Below, in pieces: positions 42,972 through 53,278 of a stretch of DNA of 64,000 nt. How positions within the stretch are numbered: position 1 is the first letter of the stretch; each line of letters starts with the position of its first letter. The position numbers were made by a program, and so were the translations under genes. The notes under the pieces were generated by a model. That model ran no database searches. It had not been told where the DNA came from and worked only from the letters and a program-made list of their open reading frames with translations. Location of the stretch: assembly GCA_951813565.1 (NCBI GenBank), contig OX638351.1, forward strand, positions 1,216,001-1,280,000. Reading direction: 5' to 3'. The stretch comes from an uncultured Poribacteria bacterium. Lineage in GTDB: Bacteria > Poribacteria > WGA-4E > WGA-3G.

Positions 42972-44756
42972 TTAACGATCCTCTGCTGTAATTGGAATAT
43001 TAAAGACAGCCTTATGTACTTGCATTTGTATCTTTCTATATGATTGTTGTGTTTCTGGATTATAACTTAATTCCCACGTAGCGATTTTCGGAAACCAAAT
43101 ACCCGGTTCAAACTGTTCAAGTTGATATGTATAAATGTCAAAATGCTCTACTTCTTCAGGCGGATTTGGTATTATAACTCCAGATGAAAGTTTCAACACT
43201 GTTTTTTGGACGGACTTTTGAGACATAAAAATACGAATTATACGATAGCCTTTTTGTGGGTCTATCCAAATTTGATTTGTCCGTGTTACGTCGGGATCAA
43301 TACGACGTAAAGTAAGAAAGTAGAGGGGAATTCCATCCTCTTCCAAAAGTTGAACATCTATAGGTTCTAAAAAACTGGTTAGGAATTGGAAGTCAAACCT
43401 CCAAGGGTGCCATCCCCACCAGCGGGGATCAAACATTCCCTCAAAATCAGATAATTTTGCCGGGTACTGCACCCAGCCGGTTTCGTTTTTTTCTCGTATA
43501 TTCAGTTTTCTACCTTCAAGCTGAAATTGGTGATGGATTTCTTGCCAATTGGGAAGCATTTTCCCGTTGAGTTCCTGCTTTTTTCGTGCCTTAACATCAT
43601 AAAAATGTTGTCGCCCTTCAAAGTTGTAAGTGATTTGCCAGATTCCTGTGTCTTCATACTGGACATTCTTCGGTTTAGGTTTCCGTTCCTTGAACCAATT
43701 TCTATTTCCCTCGCTTAATGTGATCGAAAATTCCATCTTCCCGCTTTTCAGTTTTGCGTCATAAGCCTCAATCTCTTTTCTAAGATGTTCCAATAGTTTA
43801 GCAGCTTCTTTGGAAAGAAGAAGGCCGGTCTTTAATTCCATTGCAGGATTAATTAAATCATCTTCCTTCTTACCTGCCCCGTTATCTTTACCTGCTCCAT
43901 CTAATCGTCCTAACTGATTTCGCAAATCAGGTTTTAACTGGGTCTCAAAAATTTCGGATGAGTCAACTATTTCAATTGTAGGATCCAATTGTGCCTGAAA
44001 ACTATACGGTTTTTGGAAACGATATAGGTGTTGTGCCCCTGCACCTATCAGTAGAAAAACCAAAATAGCAGAAGCACCGGATACTACCCAGGGTAAAAAC
44101 GGTTTACTTGTAGATGGTGCTACTGGCTTGAGGTGTGATATTTCGTTCATAATATTTTCTGCCAATTGTTTCGGCACTTGGAAACTACTTAGATTTTCTT
44201 TAATTATTGCTTCTTCCTTCCTCAATCGGTTGCGTGCGCGGTGCAGTCGGATTTTAACCGTGTTCGTTGAAACACCAAGAAACCGACCAATCTCTTCACA
44301 GGTCAACCCAGAGAGATAGTGTAGTGTAATCACTGTCCGATCACTCTCTCGGAGTTTGCTAAGCAGTTTTTGAACCATTGCACGCCGCTTTTCGTTTGCT
44401 GCCTCTTCACGCTGCCGGGACTCATAATCCAAATAACATGCCTCTTCCAATTCCATTGGGTCTGTCCCTTCTAAAGATTGTGGTTGCGGCTTTTTCTTTC
44501 GGTACCACGTGATACACTTACGATTCGCGATGACGTAAAGCCACCCTGAAAATCGGTTGGGATGTTTGAGGGTCGCGAGTTTTTGATACGCAGAGATGAA
44601 TACGTCTTGGGTAATTTCTTGTGCGATGTGAAAATCACCGATCTTTTGCCATACCAGTGTGTGTATCTGATCTTGGTATTTTTCCACAAGCAACGCAAAA
44701 GCGTGCTGATCACCTTCAAGTGTACGTTCTATCAGGTCAGCATCATTATGCTTCAT
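42972..44756 (-). CDS. ECF sigma factor with TM helix and long C-terminal extension
   Basis: GDQHAFALLV, AQEITQDVF, FSGWLYVIA, EIGRFLGVSTNTVKIRLHRAR; TM PWVVSGASAILVFLLIG; likely start MKHND at 44756. Confidence 0.9.
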   Translation of the reverse strand: MKHNDADLIERTLEGDQHAFALLVEKYQDQIHTLVWQKIGDFHIAQEITQDVFISAYQKLATLKHPNRFSGWLYVIANRKCITWYRKKKPQPQSLEGTDPMELEEACYLDYESRQREEAANEKRRAMVQKLLSKLRESDRTVITLHYLSGLTCEEIGRFLGVSTNTVKIRLHRARNRLRKEEAIIKENLSSFQVPKQLAENIMNEISHLKPVAPSTSKPFLPWVVSGASAILVFLLIGAGAQHLYRFQKPYSFQAQLDPTIEIVDSSEIFETQLKPDLRNQLGRLDGAGKDNGAGKKEDDLINPAMELKTGLLLSKEAAKLLEHLRKEIEAYDAKLKSGKMEFSITLSEGNRNWFKERKPKPKNVQYEDTGIWQITYNFEGRQHFYDVKARKKQELNGKMLPNWQEIHHQFQLEGRKLNIREKNETGWVQYPAKLSDFEGMFDPRWWGWHPWRFDFQFLTSFLEPIDVQLLEEDGIPLYFLTLRRIDPDVTRTNQIWIDPQKGYRIIRIFMSQKSVQKTVLKLSSGVIIPNPPEEVEHFDIYTYQLEQFEPGIWFPKIATWELSYNPETQQSYRKIQMQVHKAVFNIPITAEDR

Positions 44757-45354
44757 GAAACACCTCACAAATAGAGATAATCTTTTAACGTGAGTTTGAT
44801 AATTAGATTGAATATAGATGTCCGTTGGGTAGAGCGAAGCGAAACCCATAAATCAACGCTATGAATGCCTTTTGGCGGAATACGCTTTTGGTATTCCGCA
44901 TGATTCAGCCAAATCAACGCAGCATGCGCCAAATCAACGGTCCGAATGCCCTTTGGCATTCCCCGTATGGCATGCTGCCAAATCAACGCCAAATGCGCTT
45001 TTTGGCATTTGGCGGGTGTCAATTTAAGGATTTATTTCAGGTTTCACACATTTTAACCAAAACAACACCGCAACCCCGATTGTAGGGGCGGGTCTCTGTG
45101 CCCGCCCGTTGTTTAAATACATCAAATATGACGGGGCACCAAATCAAGAAATCAACGGTATGAATGCCTTATGGCATTCCCCAGAGACCCCTACAATAAG
45201 AGTTGAGAAGATTGTAAACAAAACTTTACACACCCAACCCATAAGTAATTTTACTACAATCAAATTACAAGGTTTATACAAAATTTCATTGCAGAAATTC
45301 TCATTGAATGAAGAGAAAACCGAAAACACTCTTTTGTGAGATATCAGGTCAGAA

Positions 45355-46041
45355 TTACCGGATATTCTTGATTTGTGCCCATTGCGTTGTTAATTTGCCA
45401 GCGGGTTCAATTGGGAAAAAAATGTCATCAATTTCGGCTAATTCATAGTCGCCGCCTACGCCGAAGTGCATACCCCATCCACCACCACGTTCACTGACCT
45501 TTATCATGATCAAATTATTTCCTTTTTTTAGATCAACCTTTAAATGATCTTGGAAGGTGTCTTCTTTGCCGAGACTCCGGTTCTCCGCATGGGTATGAAC
45601 AACTTCGCCATTAACCCAAACCTTAACTGTGTCATCACTACTGACACCCATCGCTACGTTTTCTTGCGCTCTTTTCGTTTTGAGGACAATTAGCGCATAA
45701 GACGTTATATGATCTAACTCACCAGCCTCAAAACCTATGTTATTAACGAGAGCATTAATATCTCCGTTATTGGTAAGTGTGCCAGGTGTCCACTCATAAT
45801 TACCAACTTCGTAGCCTTCTCTTGCACCGTGTTTGGCGATTTTCTCTTCGGTGACTTTGCCGTTGCTGGCTTCATCAAGTGAATCAACATAGGTAGAATT
45901 TGCACCACCTTGTCCACCTACAGTTTTAGCAATCATCCAGAGATACGGACCAAGAATTTTTTCTTGAGCATCAGCGGTCAACGTTGTCACCGTAAGACTC
46001 ATCAGAAAAGCCAATCCTATTATACACAATTTTCTGAACAT
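45355..46041 (-). CDS. Exported beta-sandwich (PA14/CBM-like) protein with W..IK tail
   Basis: SSDDTVKVWVNG; tail IEPAGKLTTQWAQIK; SD AGGAGG. Confidence 0.7.
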   Translation of the reverse strand: MFRKLCIIGLAFLMSLTVTTLTADAQEKILGPYLWMIAKTVGGQGGANSTYVDSLDEASNGKVTEEKIAKHGAREGYEVGNYEWTPGTLTNNGDINALVNNIGFEAGELDHITSYALIVLKTKRAQENVAMGVSSDDTVKVWVNGEVVHTHAENRSLGKEDTFQDHLKVDLKKGNNLIMIKVSERGGGWGMHFGVGGDYELAEIDDIFFPIEPAGKLTTQWAQIKNIR

Positions 46042-46243
46042 TATATACAACCTCCTAAAATCAATACCTTCGCCAATTTTTTGAGTTGATTTGAATGGAT
46101 AGGTAATGAATTCACCCATAGGTGTCAACTTATGGATTTATTTCAAGTTTTACGCAATTTAGCAAGCCTAACACCCAATGCAGCTGGACGCAAACATAAT
46201 CCTGTAGAAATGGTATTTTCTACATTGTGAACCGTGATTATCT

Positions 46244-47230
46244 TCATTGCTTCATACGTTCAGCTTGTTTCAACCGACCCCAGAGGGTCGTCTGGGTGTC
46301 CACAGTCGGAGAAACGGAGAAAAAACTTTCGCGAACCCATGCGGGAGAATAATTATACCCAGGATGTTGTGTGATTTGCCGTGGCTCGCCTCCCTCGACA
46401 GAAACGAAAAAAATGTGTCGCTCCGCATTCGGGGTTCCCACAGGATCCACTCCTGCATCATAGGCATCGTAGGCAATCCACTTACCATCAGGGGACCACG
46501 CAGGATTGAAGCTCCAAGTCCCAAAAGGCGAGATGCGGCGGGCGTTTTGTCCATCTGTATCCATGATGTAGATACCATCCCCATCATTAGCGCTAACACA
46601 AGCAATCTGTTTTCCATCAGGCGACCAAGCAGGAACCCGAGGAAATGGTGCGCCTGGGTTTTTTATCTCTCTGAGATTTTTTCCATCTGCGTCCATCACA
46701 TAGAGACGACCGATAGAACCGAAAGCAATTGATTGCCCATCTGGAGACCAAGTTATGTCAAAGGTAAAATGTCCTTGGTTAGTAAGCCTCTGTAGATTCT
46801 CGCCGTTGATATCAATTTTGTAGATATCATATAGCACGTTTCTCGGGGATACAAAAGCGATCCAATTTCCATCAGGTGACCAGGCAGGAGAAAAAGCTGA
46901 CCAGACAGGATCAAAATCGTCCTCCGGATCGTTTGTCAACCGACGCGCCTCAGCTTCATTGAATGTCTTAATATAGATTTCGGAATTTCCATCACGGTTC
47001 GACGCAAAAGCAAAAGAACGCCCATCTGGTGCCCACGTTGCGCCCCAGTCCTGTGCGGGGTGGTTTGTTAGGTTGCGTAGATTCTTGCCGTTTGTATCAA
47101 CAATGTAGATGTCAGTTTGCCCTGTCCGGTTAGAATTGAAAGAAATATACGGAGCTCCCCAAGTGTTTACGGCAAGCAGAAAAAGACTGAACAGGAATGT
47201 CATTCCAAACAATATATAGGTGCGTTTCAT
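46244..47230 (-). CDS. TolB-like PD40 beta-propeller, array copy A
   Basis: Signal peptide, PAWSPDG repeats, tail TTLWGRLK. Confidence 0.9.
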   Translation of the reverse strand: MKRTYILFGMTFLFSLFLLAVNTWGAPYISFNSNRTGQTDIYIVDTNGKNLRNLTNHPAQDWGATWAPDGRSFAFASNRDGNSEIYIKTFNEAEARRLTNDPEDDFDPVWSAFSPAWSPDGNWIAFVSPRNVLYDIYKIDINGENLQRLTNQGHFTFDITWSPDGQSIAFGSIGRLYVMDADGKNLREIKNPGAPFPRVPAWSPDGKQIACVSANDGDGIYIMDTDGQNARRISPFGTWSFNPAWSPDGKWIAYDAYDAGVDPVGTPNAERHIFFVSVEGGEPRQITQHPGYNYSPAWVRESFFSVSPTVDTQTTLWGRLKQAERMKQ

Positions 47231-47471
47231 TTGTTTATCTCCTGGATAATCATTTAGGCTTGAAGACCTGAAGTCACTTATAAATCCTTTCGGGTGGGTT
47301 GTGTGCACCCGAATTTCGCTTTTCAAGATACCAGTGGGTAAAATAGGTGGTAATGTTAAATGCACTTCATATCCATTTCGATCTTTTAATGGTTTTACCT
47401 GAGCAGTGCCAACATCAGCTTCAACCTTTGTAATATGAAAGACTGTGCCGCTCATGTTGTTAAGTACCACC
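47231..47471 (-). pseudogene. 3' fragment of the C39/Ig gene carried in the repeat unit (also 48551-48794, 54308-54548)
   Basis: VVLNNMSGTVFHITKVEAD...HPKGFIS matches the end of the 49862-51337 gene. Confidence 0.9.
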
Positions 47472-47534
47472 AACATAGCTAACAACTTTTTTACATGATC
47501 ATGGTATTTTCTACATGGTGAACCGTGATTATCT

Positions 47535-48554
47535 TTATTGCGTCATACGTTCAGCTTGTTTCAACCGACCCCAGAGGGTCGTCTGGGTGTCCACAGTCGG
47601 AGAAACGGAGAAAAAACTTTCGGGAACCCAGGCGGGAGACTCATGTTGCCCAGGATGTTGTGTGATTTGCCGTGGCTCACCCCCCTCGACAGAAACGATA
47701 AAAATGTGTCGCTCCGCATTCGGGTTGTCCGGAGGATGCGCAATTTCTCCATCGTAGGCATCGTAGGCAATCCACTTACCATCAGGAGACCACGCAGGAT
47801 TGCGGCTCCAAGTCCCAAGAGGTGAAATGCGGCGGGCGTTTTGTCCATCTGCATCCATATCCATGATGTAGATATTATTTCCATCATTAACAACGACAGA
47901 ACAAGCCATCTGTTTTCCATCAGGCGACCAAGCAGGATCGAAAGAAAGTCTGCTGACTCCATTTACCCAGACTATTATCTTTCTGTGATGTTTTCCATCT
48001 GCGTCCATCACATAGATACTGCTGCCAGAACTAAAAGCAATTGATTGCCCATCTGAAGACCAGGCTGGGGCAAGGTTGTATTTTCCTTGGTTAGTCAGTC
48101 TCTGTAGATTCTTGCCGTTGATATCTATTTTGTAGATATGATATCCCTCTGTTCTCTCGGCTACAAAAGCGATCCAATTTCCATCAGGTGACCAGGCAGG
48201 AGCAAAAGTTGACCTGAAAGGATCAAAATCGTCCTCCAGATGGTTTGTTAACCGACGCGCCTGAGCTTCATTGAATTTCTTAATATAGATTTCTGAATTT
48301 CCATCACGGTTCGACGTAAAAGCAAAAGAACGCCCATCTGGTGACCACGTTGCGCCAGTGTCATGTGCGGGGTGGTTTGTTAGGTTGCGTAGATTCTTGC
48401 CGTTTGTATCAATGATGTCGGTGCCGATGTAGATGCCAGCTTCCCCTATCTTGGTAGAAGCGAAAGAAATATACGGAGCTCCCCAAGTGTCTACAGCAAG
48501 CAGAAAAAGACTGAACAGGAATGTCATCCCAAACAACATATAGAGGCGTTTCAT
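47535..48554 (-). CDS. TolB-like PD40 beta-propeller, copy B
   Basis: Same architecture as copy A. Confidence 0.9.
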   Translation of the reverse strand: MKRLYMLFGMTFLFSLFLLAVDTWGAPYISFASTKIGEAGIYIGTDIIDTNGKNLRNLTNHPAHDTGATWSPDGRSFAFTSNRDGNSEIYIKKFNEAQARRLTNHLEDDFDPFRSTFAPAWSPDGNWIAFVAERTEGYHIYKIDINGKNLQRLTNQGKYNLAPAWSSDGQSIAFSSGSSIYVMDADGKHHRKIIVWVNGVSRLSFDPAWSPDGKQMACSVVVNDGNNIYIMDMDADGQNARRISPLGTWSRNPAWSPDGKWIAYDAYDGEIAHPPDNPNAERHIFIVSVEGGEPRQITQHPGQHESPAWVPESFFSVSPTVDTQTTLWGRLKQAERMTQ

Positions 48555-48857
48555 TTTTTTTCTCCCGGAAAATCACTTAGGTTGGGATGCCTGAAGTTAC
48601 TTATAAATCCTTTCGGGTGGGTTGTGTGCACCCGAATTTCGCTTTTCAAGATACCAGTGGGTAAAATAGGTGGTAATGTTAAATGCACTTCATATCCATT
48701 TCGATCTTTTAATGGTTTTACCTGAGCAGTGCCAACATCAGCTTCAACCTTTGTAATATGAAAGACTGTACCGCTCATGTTGTTAAGTACCACCAACATA
48801 GCTAACAACTTTTTTACATGATCATGGTATTTTCTACATGGTGAACCGTGATTATCT

Positions 48858-49865
48858 TTATTGCGTCATACGTTCAGCTTGTTTCAACCGACCCCAGAGG
48901 GTCGTCTGGGTGTCCACAGTCGGAGAAACGGAGAAAAAACTTTCGGGAACCCAGGCGGGAGACTCATGTTGCCCAGGATGTTGTGTGATTTGCCGTGGCT
49001 CACCCCCCTCGACAGAAACGATAAAAATGTGTCGCTCCGCATTCGGGTTGTCCGGAGGATGCGCAATTTCTCCATCGTAGGCATCGTAGGCAATCCACTT
49101 ACCATCAGGAGACCACGCAGGATTGCGGCTCCAAGTCCCAAGAGGTGAAATGCGGCGGGCGTTTTGTCCATCTGCATCCATATCCATGATGTAGATATTA
49201 TTTCCATCATTAACAACGGCAGAACAAGCCATCTGTTTTCCATCAGGCGACCAAGCAGGATCGAAAGAAAGTCTGCTGACTCCATTTACCCAGACTATTA
49301 TCTTTCTGTGATGTTTTCCATCTGCGTCCATCACATAGATACTGCTGCCAGAACTAAAAGCAATTGATTGCCCATCTGAAGACCAGGCTGGGGCAAGGTT
49401 GTATTTTCCTTGGTTAGTCAGTCTCTGTAGATTCTTGCCGTTGATATCTATTTTGTAGATATGATATCCCTCTGTTCTCTCGGCTACAAAAGCGATCCAA
49501 TTTCCATCAGGTGACCAGGCAGGAGCAAAAGTTGACCTGAAAGGATCAAAATCGTCCTCCAGATGGTTTGTTAACCGACGCGCCTGAGCTTCATTGAATT
49601 TCTTAATATAGATTTCTGAATTTCCATCACGGTTCGACGTAAAAGCAAAAGAACGCCCATCTGGTGACCACGTTGTGCCAGTGTCATGTGCGGGGTGGTT
49701 TGTTAGGTTGCGTAGATTCTTGCCGTTTGTATCAATGATGTAGATGTCATATTGCCCTGTATGGTTAGAATAGAAGGAGATATACGGAGCGCCCCAAGCG
49801 TTTACGGTAAGCAGAAAAAGACTGAACAGGAATGTCATCCCAAACAACATATAGGTGCGTTTCAT
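48858..49865 (-). CDS. TolB-like PD40 beta-propeller, copy C
   Basis: Same architecture as copy A; ATGA overlap with the C39 gene. Confidence 0.9.
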   Translation of the reverse strand: MKRTYMLFGMTFLFSLFLLTVNAWGAPYISFYSNHTGQYDIYIIDTNGKNLRNLTNHPAHDTGTTWSPDGRSFAFTSNRDGNSEIYIKKFNEAQARRLTNHLEDDFDPFRSTFAPAWSPDGNWIAFVAERTEGYHIYKIDINGKNLQRLTNQGKYNLAPAWSSDGQSIAFSSGSSIYVMDADGKHHRKIIVWVNGVSRLSFDPAWSPDGKQMACSAVVNDGNNIYIMDMDADGQNARRISPLGTWSRNPAWSPDGKWIAYDAYDGEIAHPPDNPNAERHIFIVSVEGGEPRQITQHPGQHESPAWVPESFFSVSPTVDTQTTLWGRLKQAERMTQ

Positions 49866-51337
49866 TTTTTATCTCCTGGATAATCCCTTAGGCTTGGATA
49901 CTTGAAGTTACTTATAAATCCTTTCGGGTGGGTTGTGTGCACCCGAACTTTGCTCTTCAAGATACCAGCGGGTAAAATAGGTGGTAATGTTAAATGCACT
50001 TCATATCCATTTCGATCTTTTAATGGTTTTACCTGAGCAGTGCCAACATCAGCTTCAACCTTTGTAATATGAAAGACTGTGCCGTTCATGTTGTTAAGTA
50101 CCACCTTTTTTATATTTTCTTTTCCGGCGTTAATTCGCCCGAAGAAAAATCGGTTAGGTGTAAGTGTATACGTTTTATTCACTTTCCCTGAGATAGGTAG
50201 GGTGAGTGTCTTGGTTTCTCCTGTATTATCAACATACTGGACAGTGAGTGTTTCGTTTATCTTACCCATAGGCATTTGTTCAGTATCAAAATTAAGTTCA
50301 ATCGTTACGGCTTTCCAAGGAGCAATAACCTTACTACTGCGGAGAACTGGATGAATCCATGTCTGTGAACTTTTGATATCCCGGATCTTTGCAAAGGTCT
50401 CTCTAAGATTCTGAAGTTCAACAGTTCGTTTTATGTTAGATGCCCTTGTGCTTCGTTTTATGTTAGATGCCCCTGTGCTATTCAAGTAGATATTTTCAGG
50501 GATTAAGAGGACTGAGAACTCCCGCATAACACCCAATGATATAAAGAGATGTGGTCGCTGTGGTGCATCCGTCTGAACATGAATAGTAGTAAAAATAGAA
50601 CGGCTGACAGCATCCACATCCCAGTCAACATTAAAAACAGCCTTTTCACCTGCAGGAAGCACATTTGGAGGTCGTTTGATGATGGTGCATTGGCAATTAG
50701 ATTCAATATTTATGATTTTTACCGGGGTGATACTCCGGTTTTCTAATTGTATGGGAACTTCATACTTACGTTTTGTTGCTTTACCAAAATCAATTATCAA
50801 GGGAGAAATATGGATATTGGGTCGTCTCAGTCGTTGTTGTTTATCCGTCAGCACAAGTGCTCGACCAGTCCAAAGGTCAAGAAATCTATCTCTGGAAACA
50901 ACATTGGCTGTATGATACAAAGAATCTTTTGGGGTGTCGAAGATGCGCACCCACTTTTCGGAGGCATGTTCAACGACAATAAAGTGTCCTACTGTAAAAT
51001 TTGACTCCACTTGGTCTGTGTCCTCAAATGTTGTTTTGAGGTGTGCGATAATAGGTGTATCAAACGCTTGCAAATGTTTATATGTAAGTACAACCCCTTG
51101 CAATTCAATTCCAATATCTTTCGCACCAGCAATAAGTTCCACAAAATTCGTAACAACACGACTATTCCCATTTTTCTCCTTGAGGGCATCATCGGTATCC
51201 TCCAATTCCACCTCAATGCCTAAAATTTGAGCAAAATTGTAAAGACTCGCAGCACCGCATGTAGGTGGAGTATCCGCAGCTACAAAGGTAGGTATGAGCA
51301 TTAGAAATAATAACCAAATATAGACCAAATATTTCAT
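49862..51337 (-). CDS. Exported peptidase C39-like domain plus DUF1573/Ig-like domains
   Basis: CGAASL, PIIAHL, GHFIVV, IFDT, FLDLWTG; IDFG..ENRS..SNCQCT. Confidence 0.8.
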   Translation of the reverse strand: MKYLVYIWLLFLMLIPTFVAADTPPTCGAASLYNFAQILGIEVELEDTDDALKEKNGNSRVVTNFVELIAGAKDIGIELQGVVLTYKHLQAFDTPIIAHLKTTFEDTDQVESNFTVGHFIVVEHASEKWVRIFDTPKDSLYHTANVVSRDRFLDLWTGRALVLTDKQQRLRRPNIHISPLIIDFGKATKRKYEVPIQLENRSITPVKIINIESNCQCTIIKRPPNVLPAGEKAVFNVDWDVDAVSRSIFTTIHVQTDAPQRPHLFISLGVMREFSVLLIPENIYLNSTGASNIKRSTRASNIKRTVELQNLRETFAKIRDIKSSQTWIHPVLRSSKVIAPWKAVTIELNFDTEQMPMGKINETLTVQYVDNTGETKTLTLPISGKVNKTYTLTPNRFFFGRINAGKENIKKVVLNNMNGTVFHITKVEADVGTAQVKPLKDRNGYEVHLTLPPILPAGILKSKVRVHTTHPKGFISNFKYPSLRDYPGDKK

Positions 51338-51456
51338 GGTTTCTCCTCTGTTTCAAAACTTTCCGTGCCTCTATCGAAAAGTCTGAGACGACTGATATCT
51401 ACTTCTTTACCGTATGTTAAACAGAAAGTCAAGTTTTTTGTTAAATCTTAGAATCC

Positions 51457-52164
51457 TTAGCGTTTAACATCTTCCTGTAATGGTACAATTACTGTGTCAC
51501 CTGTTTGCGTCCTAACTCTCAAACTTGAACGTCTTTTAAGAATTCCAAACAACCTTTTTTCATAGTAAGACAACTCCATTAAAGGAAACTCAATTTCTGC
51601 AAGTTCATTGTAAAAATTTCTGTCAATATATGTCAAGACACCATCCCAGCGGGCTATAAGATCATCATCATCTTTTTCTTCTTTCAAGATAAATTCCAAT
51701 ACACCGCTTGATTTTTCATATGGTGAATTCCTTGCACGAGCATGTGATGAGTATCCATTAAGATATACTATAGATCTAGGCAATTGCCACATCATGCCAT
51801 CAGTAAGTTCGTAATTTGGTATACCATGTTTTTCTACATAATTCTTAACAAAGTTTTTAGCATTTCTAGAAGGTTTTTGTGTCATGTAACCTGCTGACCT
51901 TAATTTGTTATCCCTAAAAGAATATACAAGAAAAACAGGAATTCCACCAATTTTAGATTTGTAAATAAGCTGATCTGGTTCTCGAAAGTACACTCTTTTA
52001 CCTTGCTCAAGTATCATTATACGTTCTTGTGTATAACCCCATTTAGCTTGACGAAAGTCATAATTACCTTGTGAATCTTCAGAAGCAATGTTGTAAAAGG
52101 TGCTGCATCCAGTGAAAAGAGTTGAAATAATAATCATTGCCAATAGGTTGCTATATCTTGCCAT
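51457..52164 (-). CDS. Hypothetical lipoprotein
   Basis: Lipobox LFTGC, DFRQAKWG; SD GGAGG. Confidence 0.7.
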   Translation of the reverse strand: MARYSNLLAMIIISTLFTGCSTFYNIASEDSQGNYDFRQAKWGYTQERIMILEQGKRVYFREPDQLIYKSKIGGIPVFLVYSFRDNKLRSAGYMTQKPSRNAKNFVKNYVEKHGIPNYELTDGMMWQLPRSIVYLNGYSSHARARNSPYEKSSGVLEFILKEEKDDDDLIARWDGVLTYIDRNFYNELAEIEFPLMELSYYEKRLFGILKRRSSLRVRTQTGDTVIVPLQEDVKR

Positions 52165-52192
52165 TGTTTATAATTCCTCCGCTAATTGGCTA

Positions 52193-53203
52193 ACGTGAGT
52201 TTGATAATTAAAAACTGGTAAATAGAGAACCCCTTTGTTATTATGAAGTATACCAAATACTCACAAAGGAGTTCTCTGATGGATATGATAACACTTTTCT
52301 GTGAAATTGACGACTTTCTTCTTTTGTATGAACAATATCGAGCACAACACCAGTTGCCGGAAATACTCGGCACAGGCAATACACGCGGCAGACCCAGGCG
52401 CCTTCATCCGAGCGAAGTCATGACGATACTGGTTCATTTTCATCAGAAGCGGTATAAAAACTTTAGAGCCTATTATCAGGATTATGTTTGCTGCGAGTTG
52501 CGTTGGGCATTTCCAAACCTTGTCAGTTATAGCCGTTTTGTGCAGCTCTCACAAGAGGTATTGGTGCCGTTGTCTATTCTTCTAAACACCCGTTTCGGTG
52601 AATGTCGCGGGATTTCCTTCATAGACTCAACGCCTCTCCCGGTCTGCCACAATCGTCGGATTTCAACGCATCGCGTCTTCGCTGATGATGCGGGGCGTTC
52701 TAAAACCTCTATGGGGTGGTTCTATGGTTTCAAACTCCATCTCGTCATCAACGACCAAGGTGAGCTTTTGTCAGCTATGGTAACAGCGGGAAACGTAGAT
52801 GACAGGAAACCCGTGCCACAGTTGTGTCAAGGGCTCTTTGGCAAAGTTTTTGCCGATAAAGGATACATCGCGAAAAACCTGCGGGAGAGGCTCCAAGAAG
52901 ACGGTGTGGCACTCATTTACAAGGTGCGTAAGAATATGAAACCTGAACCTTTGTCTCAGGCTGATGCAGCACTTTTACGAAAACGGATGCTCATTGAGTC
53001 GGTGAATAAAGAACTCAAAACTCAGACAGAAATACAACACACACGGCATAGAAGTCCTGTTAACTTTCAAGTGAACACAGTTGCTGCCTTGATCGCTTAT
53101 ACCTGTCTGACGAAGAAACCTTCACTCAAACACAAAGAACTCCAGGAAAATGACTATCAGTTGCCAATGATATGTAACTTCTAATTATTTATCAAACTCA
53201 CGT
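52193..53203 (+). mobile_element. IS982-family insertion sequence
   Basis: TIRs ACGTGAGTTTGATAA / TTATCAAACTCACGT; no flanking TSD. Confidence 0.9.
52243..53184 (+). CDS. IS982-family DDE transposase
   Basis: LFCEIDDF, FIDSTP, GWFYGFKLH, ADKGY, R.LIES. Confidence 0.92.
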   Translation: MKYTKYSQRSSLMDMITLFCEIDDFLLLYEQYRAQHQLPEILGTGNTRGRPRRLHPSEVMTILVHFHQKRYKNFRAYYQDYVCCELRWAFPNLVSYSRFVQLSQEVLVPLSILLNTRFGECRGISFIDSTPLPVCHNRRISTHRVFADDAGRSKTSMGWFYGFKLHLVINDQGELLSAMVTAGNVDDRKPVPQLCQGLFGKVFADKGYIAKNLRERLQEDGVALIYKVRKNMKPEPLSQADAALLRKRMLIESVNKELKTQTEIQHTRHRSPVNFQVNTVAALIAYTCLTKKPSLKHKELQENDYQLPMICNF

Positions 53204-53278
53204 TAAGTACCACCAACATAGCTAACAACTTTTTTACATGATCATGGTATTTTCTACATGGTGAAACCGTGATTATCT

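Noticed and set aside
44765..45339. Short ORFs in repeat clusters (also 13407-13616, 20545-20775, 62518-63037)
   Set aside because: Translations of REP/MITE DNA with no coding signal.
47472..47534. Integron attC sites between array genes
   Set aside because: No convincing RYYYAAC...GTTRRRY pairing and no integrase; the units include part of the upstream gene.
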